The notes below the pieces were generated by a model, which searched no databases, was not told the origin of the DNA, and saw nothing but the letters and a program-made list of their open reading frames with translations. Position numbers and translations under genes: made by a program. A DNA stretch of 25,495 bases from a virus (taxonomy: Duplodnaviria; Caudoviricetes): positions 1 to 25,495 of IMG/VR virus record IMGVR_UViG_3300006869_000094; one strand, 5' to 3'. Shown piece after piece: positions 8,801 to 15,036 of this stretch (positions are counted from its first letter, which is position 1; every line of letters starts with the position of its first letter).

Positions 8801-10998
8801 TGAGCACCCTGACGCCCCTGAACTCCTTGATTTCCCTGAGCTCCTTGTGAACCTTGGCGTCCTTGAGCACCTTGATTTCCTTGAGTACCTTGGAAATTAC
8901 TTAATGTCCCCTGAGTACCTTGTCTACCTTGACTACCTTGAAGTCCTTGATTTCCCTGAAGTCCTTGATTTCCTTGAGCACCTTGATTTCCTTGAGTACC
9001 TTGGAAATTACTGAGATTGCCTTGAGTACCTTGGAAATTACTTAAAGATCCTTGAAGTCCTTGAGCACCTTGGCGTCCTTGAAGTCCTTGAGCACCTTGA
9101 GTTCCTTGAGTACCTTGGAAATTACTTAAAGATCCTTGAAGTCCTTGAGCACCTTGGCGTCCTTGTAAACCTTGGAGTCCTTGTAAACCTTGGAGTCCTT
9201 GAGTACCTTGGAAATTACTTAAAGATCCTTGAAGTCCTTGAAGTCCTTGAAGTCCTTGGAGTCCTTGATTTCCTTGGGTACCCCCACCTTGAAGTCCTTG
9301 ATTTCCTTGAGTACCCTGGCGTCCTTGAGCACCTTGATTTCCTTGAGTACCCTGGCGTCCTTGAAGTCCTTGATGTCCTTGAAGTCCTTGATGTCCTTGA
9401 AGACCTTGAGTACCCTGCCAACCAGAACCTTGAAGTCCTTGAAGTCCTTGAAGTCCTTGGAGTCCTTGATGTCCTTGAAGTCCTTGTGAACCTTGGCGTC
9501 CTTGTAAACCTTGGAGTCCTTGAAGTCCTTGAAATCCTTGTAAACCTTGGAGTCCTTGATTTCCTTGAAGTCCTTGATTTCCCTGAAGTCCTTGTGAACC
9601 TTGGAGTCCTTGATTTCCTTGAAGTCCTTGATTTCCTTGAAGTCCTTGATTTCCTTGAAGTCCTTGATTTCCCTGAAGTCCTTGATTTCCTTGAAATCCT
9701 TGAACACCTTGAGGTCCTTGCCTTCCTTGTGGTCCTTGAGATCCTTGAGATCCTTGAGGTCCTTGAGGTCCTTGATTACCTAGTCTTCCCTGAGCACCTT
9801 GGCGTCCTTGAGCACTTTGATGTCCTTGTGCACCTTGAGATCCTTGCCTGCCTTGTGGACCTTGTGGACCTTGTGGACCTTGCGGACCTTGACGACCTTG
9901 TACACCTTGAAAATTACTTAAGGATCCTTGAATTCCTTGATTACCTATTCTTCCCTGAGCACCTTGGCGTCCTTGAGCACTCTGATGACCTTGAACTCCT
10001 TGATTTCCCTGACGACCTTGAAGACCTTGTGTACCCTGAGTTCCTTGAGTTCCTTGAGTGCCTTGGAAATTACTTAAGGATCCTTGTAAACCTTGGCGTC
10101 CTTGTGCACCTTGAAGTCCCTGATTTCCTTGGGTTCCTTGATTTCCTTGAGTACCTTGGAAATTACTTAAAGGTCCTTGAAGTCCTTGAAGTCCTTGGAG
10201 TCCTTGGAGTCCTTGGAATCCTTGGAGTCCTTGAGTACCTTGGCGTCCTTGAAGTCCCTGATTTCCTTGGGTTCCTTGATTTCCTTGAGTACCTTGAAGT
10301 CCTTGAAGTCCTTGAGTACCCTGGAAATTACTTAATGTTCCCTGAAGTCCTTGAAGTCCTTGAAATCCTTGTAAACCTTGGAGTCCTTGATTTCCCTGAA
10401 GTCCCTGTAAACCTTGGAGTCCTTGAAGTCCTTGAAATCCTTGTAAACCTTGGAGTCCTTGATTTCCTTGAAGTCCTTGATTTCCTTGAAGTCCTTGATT
10501 TCCCTGAAGTCCTTGTGAACCTTGGAGTCCTTGATTTCCCTGAAGTCCTTGTGAACCTTGGAGTCCTTGATTTCCCTGAAGTCCTTGTGAACCTTGGCGT
10601 CCTTGAAGTCCTTGTGCACCTTGGAGTCCTTGAAGTCCTTGAGTACCTTGTCCAGCAAACTCACCAGATAATCCTCTAGGGCCTTGAACTCCCTGAACAC
10701 CTTGAGCACTTTGATGCCCCTGAACACCTTGAACTCCTTGAGGGCCAGTTGCTCCAGAAGCATAAGGAAGATCATTCCAAGGTGTTTCACCATCACCAAA
10801 TTTAAATTGATTTGTATCAGACTCTACACCGAGTTGACCTTCTTCTAAGATCTCATTTTCTTCAACCCATAAACTAGAAATTTGATATTTTCCCGATTGT
10901 AAATTTTCGGGAACATTTGGTGCAGTAATATTTTTAAAAAATGTTACTTTTTCGTTAAAATAGGATTCTTGACCAAATACTTGTATATCGTCTGACAT
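2857..10998 (-). CDS. Giant mosaic virion fibre/structural protein (2713 aa): Mtd_N-like head, collagen rod, interrupted pectin-lyase-like beta-helix, phycobiliprotein-like and beta-barrel repeats
   Basis: Uninterrupted ORF. WVEENEILEEGQLGVESDTNQFKFGDGETPWNDLPY; ~856 aa of Gly-X-Gln; IYVSQNGNDDNTG...KTIKAA...GDTIKVFPGTYVE beta-helix entry motif; GGSGYTSPP repeat near the C-terminus. Confidence 0.9.
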   Translation of the reverse strand: MSDDIQVFGQESYFNEKVTFFKNITAPNVPENLQSGKYQISSLWVEENEILEEGQLGVESDTNQFKFGDGETPWNDLPYASGATGPQGVQGVQGHQSAQGVQGVQGPRGLSGEFAGQGTQGLQGLQGAQGLQGRQGSQGLQGNQGLQGSQGLQGNQGLQGSQGLQGNQGLQGNQGLQGNQGLQGLQGFQGLQGLQGLQGLQGNQGLQGLQGFQGLQGLQGTLSNFQGTQGLQGLQGTQGNQGTQGNQGLQGRQGTQGLQGFQGLQGLQGLQGLQGPLSNFQGTQGNQGTQGNQGLQGAQGRQGLQGSLSNFQGTQGTQGTQGTQGLQGRQGNQGVQGHQSAQGRQGAQGRIGNQGIQGSLSNFQGVQGRQGPQGPQGPQGPQGRQGSQGAQGHQSAQGRQGAQGRLGNQGPQGPQGSQGSQGPQGRQGPQGVQGFQGNQGLQGNQGLQGNQGLQGNQGLQGNQGLQGSQGLQGNQGLQGNQGLQGLQGFQGLQGLQGLQGRQGSQGLQGHQGLQGLQGLQGLQGSGWQGTQGLQGHQGLQGHQGLQGRQGTQGNQGAQGRQGTQGNQGLQGGGTQGNQGLQGLQGLQGLQGSLSNFQGTQGLQGLQGLQGLQGRQGAQGLQGSLSNFQGTQGTQGAQGLQGRQGAQGLQGSLSNFQGTQGNLSNFQGTQGNQGAQGNQGLQGNQGLQGSQGRQGTQGTLSNFQGTQGNQGAQGRQGSQGAQGNQGVQGRQGAQGSQGLQNAQGAQGLQGSLSNFQGTQGNQGSQGLQSSQGNQGAQGNQGLQGTLSNFQGTQGLQSSQGVQGRQGNQGVQGNQGLQGNQGLQGNQGLQGLQGLQGSLSNFQGTQGNQGTQGTQGNQGVQGNQGTQGLQGLQGRQGTQGVQGVQGVQGVQSFQGTQGTQGTQGLQGVGSQGPQGTQGLQGLQGLQGAQGTQGLQGIPGSGLIFVQDNNTTDKTYYPSFLEQTSGTTNLEYVSSEKLVYNPSSGSVGIGTSIITETLTVAGTTTATKYFGSGDTLVGIVTQIVPGIGIDIFETQIPGKGKVEIQSYKPVGKTIYVSQNGNDDNTGLAENYPKKTIKAAASVAVFGDTIKVFPGTYVEDNPIVLAKTVSIEGTELRNCVITPKNLDQDLIYVNNGCHITDCSFIGPAVTNGAAVVALQPLLGVSTDRFFDAARMIRINLDYIARESVGFLTSGFSGFAGNHREQDAARLIDSNLNYIAAEAVGFLTSPSGYNFTLGISSYTNCKEDVVSIMQAVSYDLKANSNRKSIGAGYSYFSSSGGLIHITGVGVSEATIAALDYAAGIATHVINNLTPSISYQGVGNSVSQVKNLSVIQVEGGCVGVGTTITQLVGIVTSMIGAGSTSGAPAVRYGVTLESNDCADDIKDVWRGIIYDITRGGNSRSVTSGKAYYNEDWTLKSGILKNPGEVQQTISTFDYSFNIARAVINNCSWGGYPVGLGTTVVDAVFDAQTGITTVTAINHGLSQNDPVKVQGLTYACTSGSAGFPVGVVTASYDRITGISTVETSSALPIKSGDRVKLEGLVFQCDSGGGPSTAIYPSGNLGYEFTVQDILDRKTFTVNVGVSTLDHDYQYGGQVSKLYTPIFGISTTSYDRTTGITTVTAVGLGTTTGAHLFIEPGKKIKLENLVWECNSGGGPSTAYYPSGNLGYDFTVIATTDNRYIDASNLIQSNRTEIIDKSLAAIAISHPDFYYPNDVQTTRFSRFKDSYRLIQQNRTEIVNSAWSATVSEYPGISATETKCKRDLGYFVDAISTDIFTGGNSYVIAFVKQYFNNGSPISNGLVGEETESVYAFNQARDLMKQAITNQLTIQDLTLTADPSTGSNTDPDSCANVQSALDTLTSLATTVISAGSLSSLNTIYNNPGIFVSGENKCRRDIGYIVDALIKDVRYGTNKFIREATRAYFNKDGTPISGGLIGEEAESVTAFNAVRDYAKKAITNQLNVKDLTITADPLTGDNQDETSCADVRTNIDNLIGIITTVITAGNLSSYPALYTSNVVKVNVGISTLDHTYVEGGTLTSNYTTNTFPDGTFNYIFPVKSVVGPNTFEFVGGRTVLPHTYVSGGTVQKYENFQNEFLQVKDLAMQPDPYTGFNNVINSCADVTSAMKVCVGVVTTIVGLGSTAFSTIGFNTTYPGNRGNGFDTLAGVSSAVYENTSGKTTIKTLGFTPKVGDLIEIRDLIFSCSSGGPTSTQKFPSGYYGYEFYVTKVNSDNSFDVYTGISTISHNYVSGGYVINRTIPVSEAEYSNTTGIVTITAPGINLRSGDFVTLRDLEFACSSGAATTTIFPTGNNGYVFSVLSADNTTGEFSVNVGTTGIGHTYVVGGVVIPPYSKGVGNIVQGPYIRNCTNFIPDSIGMRIDGFEAEPGDLPDIGVTGTMSVDSYTQYNQGGIGVSITNGAYAQLVSIFTICDDIAIFTASGGQCDLTNSNSSFGRLGLVADGVGDETSKSIYRYTGVTNADAEVEQDTIVVSGIGSYRPYDGQALYFGELYFTVQTINVTNGGSGYTSPPVVVVSSPEGPNGIICEASSNIDGNGRVTSIDIISGGSQYLNPPSIELVGGGGSGAIASADMYPLYYSIESATLPSAGITTIVLNQNLNNTVSVGTTVYFSRVSLQITSSHSFEWVGAGNNIFQAKPALGGVVIQENEVVMLNGGQVVYTSTDQAGNFKIGDQFTINQLTGTISGRAFSQSLLNTVTPLILALS
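3985..6630 (-). repeat. Five copies of a ~90-aa beta-rich protein repeat (Y/F-x3-TG...GDxVxLxxLxFxCxSG...P-x-G...F-x-V...H-x-Y-x-x-GG), two of them split by insertions
   Basis: Approximate copies: 6630-6508 plus 4900-4762 (split), 6490-6226, 6205-5983 plus 4974-4909 (split), 4527-4261, 4250-3985. Loosely recalls the E1 FCCH-like barrel; that family call is uncertain. Confidence 0.8.
4610..7509 (-). repeat. Four helical phycobiliprotein/globin-like protein repeats arranged as two nested pairs
   Basis: N-halves DAARMI/DAARLI/DASNLI/DSYRLI-x-x-N. C-halves CKEDV (Cys 7279-7281), CADDI (6874-6876), KCKRDLGY (5737-5739), KCRRDIGY (5341-5343). Each C-half is followed by a last helix starting with Cys (6994, 4666, 5470, 5071). 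Confidence 0.7.
8188..10755 (-). repeat. Degenerate 9-nt tandem repeats encoding (Gly-X-Gln)n collagen-like rod, ~856 codons
   Basis: QGLQGNQG-type periodicity; twelve LSNFQG interruptions; higher-order block duplications (e.g. ~9500-9620 resembles ~10405-10540). Confidence 0.95.
10762..10869 (-). other. Mtd_N / phage hyaluronidase N-terminal-like domain
   Basis: W-x3-N/E-x-L-x-x-G-x-x-G-x-E-x-DT-x-x-x-K-x-GDG-x3-W-x-x-LPY pattern, typical of fibre N-terminal domains. Confidence 0.75.
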
Positions 10999-10999
10999 A

Positions 11000-11554
11000 T
11001 TAGAATCCTATTACATTTGTTTTTGCTATATCAAATGCTGCAGAAACTACATCAGCACCAACAAAACTCTTTGAAAATACGTCCATTCCAAAAGTACTTT
11101 TCACTAGATTTCCAGTTAATCCATCCTGATCTAGTTTATTTCCCTTCATAACAACTCTTCCTGATCCAGAATTAAGACTGATGTTTCTTCCGGCTTTAAT
11201 ATCAACATCTTCATCAGATTCTATCATTATATTCTTACCTTTAATTCTGACAGAACCATTTCGCATGGCGGTAATGGTAACATCCCCATTCATGCCTGCA
11301 ATTACAACATCAACCCCATCACTTTTTTCTTTATTACCTGCTATAATTTCAATTTGACGATCATTGTAAATTCTATATAAACCACTTTCAGTCATTCCAG
11401 AAAGATTAACATCATTATTGTCAGTTACTGAATAAAAATTATACACCGATTCCCCAGAACATCCCATCTGAGGATTATTGTTTTCAATTCTAAATTGTGG
11501 TCCTAGACTAAAAATGTTTCTAGATTCCCAATTTAAATTCGGTCTTTCTGCCAT
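11000..11554 (-). CDS. gp5 C-terminal-like beta-helical spike protein encoded as a separate gene
   Basis: 184-aa ORF 3 nt downstream of gp5; ~8-residue periodic strands GDVTITAMRNGSVRIKGKNIMIESDEDVDIKAGRNISLNSGSGRVVMKG. Confidence 0.6.
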   Translation of the reverse strand: MAERPNLNWESRNIFSLGPQFRIENNNPQMGCSGESVYNFYSVTDNNDVNLSGMTESGLYRIYNDRQIEIIAGNKEKSDGVDVVIAGMNGDVTITAMRNGSVRIKGKNIMIESDEDVDIKAGRNISLNSGSGRVVMKGNKLDQDGLTGNLVKSTFGMDVFSKSFVGADVVSAAFDIAKTNVIGF

Positions 11555-11557
11555 TTT

Positions 11558-13711
11558 TTATTCCACACAATCAACTATTATTTTCAGATCTCCTATTTGA
11601 GATTCTTCTTCCAGAGATGTAGAAATTTCGCCAACAATTGGTTTTAATATTGCACCAATTCCAGTTTCAGATATGATTCTCATTGATGGTGGTGGCGAAT
11701 CACTAGTTATTACGTTAGTATTTATTGTAGGTGTTCTACGAACTATATTTTCATTAGGTAGTTCTCTTTCTTCATCAATGTTTTCTGATAATGGGATACC
11801 AACTTCTATGTTTGCAGAAATTATGGTTCCAAAATCTTCATCTATATTAAGAGTATACTTATTACCATAGTTATCGATAGCATAATCACCCTTAGAATAT
11901 CCCGATCCAGAATCAACAACAGTTACTCTAGATACTCCATATATTGGAGAATCCGTAAAGTCTGCTGTAGATATTGAGGATGATGGGTCAATATTACCTA
12001 TTGGATAATTTTCTCCGACAGACACAATATAAATGTCTTCAATTTCTCCATCATCATTAATTACAGATCTAGCAATAGCACCATATCCTTGATTACAATT
12101 ATCTTCAATCTCTACGAAAGGAGGGTATCTATATCCCTTACCCTTTTTCTTCATTTTGATTCCAATTACACTTGCGGTTATACCTCCACCAAGAACAGGA
12201 TCAACAATTTCATTTTTTGCAAACGATCCCAAAATTACCGATGCCTCTGCACCTTCTCCCCCACCACCAAATATATTAACTTTTGGTGGATCACAGGAGG
12301 TTGGATATCCTACATAACAATCTTTTAAAGATTTATTTTTTTTAGTTTTCTTTTTCTTTTCATTAAATACATCAAAATCAAGATTTTTTAAGTTTGATTT
12401 AGTTGCATTTAGTTCTCCTACAATATCTTTAAATAATGATTTCTCATTAATGCTACTTCTTGCACCACATCCTATAGTCCACTCTTTAATTAATCCCTGA
12501 CACTTTGACTTTGATTGGTTGCAATCAAATAAACCACCTATAGATTTAATGATATCAATACCACTTCTAAGAATATTGACAATATTAAATCCTGCGCTAA
12601 GTATTTTAGTTACACCACCCAACACTCCAGAAAGACCACTACGAATTTTATCAATGATTCCATTTATAAATGCACCAGCAAATTGAGTTCCAGCACAAGT
12701 AACAAACTTTTTAACATTATTTAAAACAGATTTAAGAAGATCCTTCACCATTCCAGCAAGACCATTTACAACTGTTGCTGCAACGCATGGAATTGCTTTT
12801 TCTAAAAGTTTAACAGGAGGTACCATTGCAGTTTGTGCAGCAACACCTGCCAAATGAGCGGCAATAGGACTACCTGTTGCCGCCAAAACTGCTGCATATA
12901 CTTTTTTGTATAATAGATCCAATCCTTTTTGAAGAATTGGAATCAACTTATTAAACAAAGAATTAAACATTTGACCAACAATATTATTAGCAATCCCTAC
13001 TATTTTTTCAACCGAACGATTTATTTCGCTTGTAAAATTTGCTACCTTGTTTAATCCAGATTCAAATTTATCCAATAAATTTGTAACTTCAGAAACTATA
13101 CCTTTAACTGCAGTATCATCACAACTATTTGCAAGAACTATTTTTTTACCAATTCCAGAATAAGAAGTTATTTCATCTTTTCCCTTTTTGGTATTATTTA
13201 ATCTTTGAGTAACTGAAGTAGGAACATCTCTAGGACTTTTTTGTGATTTAGCATTTTGCTCATTAGTTTCACTTGGATATACTTGCCCATTAGGTTTATC
13301 AATATTGCTGGTGTATCCAGTAAAAGGAGTGAATGGTGAACTGTACTCTTTTGTTGAGACGCCTTCTGTTCTTCCAAAACAACCCATAATAACAGGAAGT
13401 TGACCGTTATCACCATCAAGAAAAAATCCAAAAACTATATCTCCAGGTCTAATTTTTTGGGTGACTGCTAAATTTGATGCCCCAGATCCAGAAGTTGTTG
13501 GCAACAACACTTGAGCCCAAGGAAGGTCTTCATTAGAAAGTTCTACAGGATTATCTGGATGATATCCCATAATACGAACTTTACAGCGATTTCCCCATCC
13601 ACCACCACTAGACTGTTTACCATTAGATTCTATTGGTGGTACCTGCCCAATCCACCATCTAAATCCATCTCTACCTACAAAATTACTATTAACTAATGTT
13701 TGATCGATCAT
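11558..13711 (-). CDS. gp5: Baseplate hub subunit gp5 (OB-fold; no recognisable lysozyme domain)
   Basis: N-terminal GFRWWIGQV...RCKVRIMGYH...LPWAQVLLP...GDIVFGFFLDGDNGQLPVIMG is the T4 gp5 OB-fold signature. Confidence 0.88.
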   Translation of the reverse strand: MIDQTLVNSNFVGRDGFRWWIGQVPPIESNGKQSSGGGWGNRCKVRIMGYHPDNPVELSNEDLPWAQVLLPTTSGSGASNLAVTQKIRPGDIVFGFFLDGDNGQLPVIMGCFGRTEGVSTKEYSSPFTPFTGYTSNIDKPNGQVYPSETNEQNAKSQKSPRDVPTSVTQRLNNTKKGKDEITSYSGIGKKIVLANSCDDTAVKGIVSEVTNLLDKFESGLNKVANFTSEINRSVEKIVGIANNIVGQMFNSLFNKLIPILQKGLDLLYKKVYAAVLAATGSPIAAHLAGVAAQTAMVPPVKLLEKAIPCVAATVVNGLAGMVKDLLKSVLNNVKKFVTCAGTQFAGAFINGIIDKIRSGLSGVLGGVTKILSAGFNIVNILRSGIDIIKSIGGLFDCNQSKSKCQGLIKEWTIGCGARSSINEKSLFKDIVGELNATKSNLKNLDFDVFNEKKKKTKKNKSLKDCYVGYPTSCDPPKVNIFGGGGEGAEASVILGSFAKNEIVDPVLGGGITASVIGIKMKKKGKGYRYPPFVEIEDNCNQGYGAIARSVINDDGEIEDIYIVSVGENYPIGNIDPSSSISTADFTDSPIYGVSRVTVVDSGSGYSKGDYAIDNYGNKYTLNIDEDFGTIISANIEVGIPLSENIDEERELPNENIVRRTPTINTNVITSDSPPPSMRIISETGIGAILKPIVGEISTSLEEESQIGDLKIIVDCVE

Positions 13712-15036
13712 TTATTTTTTTGCTGTTTTTTCCCAAAAGTATCTCTAACTAATTTCATAGATGTATATGATCTATTGACATCAAAATGATGACATAATTC
13801 TTTTATCATATATAGTCCACTTGTTTCTGGATCATACTCTTTTGCATCAGATTCTGAAATTTTAGGAAAATTGCATTCGATAATATCACCAGCTCTTAAA
13901 TTAGTGTTGCAAGAAATCATAACATCTAGAGATTGAGTAAATAACACGTTATACCTCATCAATCCCTGAGATTGATATTTTCCAGGATCAGCATTTTCCT
14001 TAGTAGAAACACCTTGTTCCATAGTACCAATATCTAATACTTGAGATATAATTCTTGTTGGTACATCTCCAAGACCAGTATTAGAACTATTTGAAATTTT
14101 TGGAAGTTTCAATTCGCTCCCCAAATTATTAGTCTTCTTTGAATAATCTGATAATTTAAAAACACTATTTGTAAATGAAAAATTAAGAAGATTGAAATAA
14201 GACCTTTGACTACAATATGTCCCCATCCTTAATTTTTCAATTAGATTTTGATTTCTGTCTACTAAGTAATTTAGAATTCTAAAGTCATCATCAACTTTAT
14301 TAGTATCGTCATAATTATTTGTAACTTCACTGTGAGTGTAAGTTGCCTTTGCCGCTTGATCATTTAATCCATCAATTGATCTAAATTGAAATCCATCCCT
14401 AGTCTGATAAAATAAGAATCCTGCTGTTCCATCTCCAGAAGATACTGGTACTCCTTTTGAAGCTAACCACACCAAAACTGTAAATGGTTTCCGCATATTT
14501 CCAATAAATCCATAATTATTGGATGTTTTATCAATTGTACCTATTTTGTCAGTTTTTAAATAATCGGAAAGAATACTTCTAACAGAAGTATCAATACTTG
14601 ATGATGATGGATATTTTTTAGGTACTCTAGATGTCTCATTAGTAATTGCCTCTCTAGAGACTAAATGCAAAGTAAAACTTTCTTTTTGAGTTTCTGAAAT
14701 GACATCAGAAATACTAGATACATAAAAATAGTCTTGAGATTTTTTTGAAAAATCTAGTCCAGGATTATTTTTACTATTTCCTGAAATTTTTACCGCCAAT
14801 CGTTCACCACCACGAAGTGGAAGACCATTATATAAAGACTGTTTACTTCCATCTGGATTATCTTTTGATGATATTGTATTTCCAGTATTAACTACTTTAA
14901 CTTTTGCAGTTATTGTGGGTGAAAAAATATCTTCAAAGTATTCAAAAGAAATTACACCAGAAGTAATGTCAACTGTTCTACTTCGATCATTAGACTCTAT
15001 AAAAAACTCTTCGAATATGGATTGTTTTGTTGACAT
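13708..15036 (-). CDS. Probable baseplate hub protein (gp27-like)
   Basis: 442 aa directly upstream of gp5; YFEDIFSPTITA, FLFYQTRDGFQFRSIDGL, NLRAGDII and SGLYMIKELCHHF motifs resemble gp27/Mu-P/GPD-type hubs. Confidence 0.65.
   Translation of the reverse strand: MSTKQSIFEEFFIESNDRSRTVDITSGVISFEYFEDIFSPTITAKVKVVNTGNTISSKDNPDGSKQSLYNGLPLRGGERLAVKISGNSKNNPGLDFSKKSQDYFYVSSISDVISETQKESFTLHLVSREAITNETSRVPKKYPSSSSIDTSVRSILSDYLKTDKIGTIDKTSNNYGFIGNMRKPFTVLVWLASKGVPVSSGDGTAGFLFYQTRDGFQFRSIDGLNDQAAKATYTHSEVTNNYDDTNKVDDDFRILNYLVDRNQNLIEKLRMGTYCSQRSYFNLLNFSFTNSVFKLSDYSKKTNNLGSELKLPKISNSSNTGLGDVPTRIISQVLDIGTMEQGVSTKENADPGKYQSQGLMRYNVLFTQSLDVMISCNTNLRAGDIIECNFPKISESDAKEYDPETSGLYMIKELCHHFDVNRSYTSMKLVRDTFGKKQQKNK

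Noticed and set aside
8465-10335. Recurrent ~26-nt motif (ccttgagtaccttggaaattacttaa) resembling a CRISPR repeat
   Set aside because: Spacing is irregular, the intervening DNA is itself repetitive, the motif is in-frame coding (LSNFQG), and there are no cas genes.
8209-10799. Antisense and alternate-frame ORFs up to 397 aa over the second collagen rod
   Set aside because: Same repeat artefact; they begin and end with the repeat tract.
10762-10869. Mtd_N-like domain suggesting a diversity-generating retroelement target
   Set aside because: No reverse transcriptase, no TR/VR pair with adenine-specific mismatches and no C-type lectin end seen in the window; Mtd_N is a generic fibre domain.
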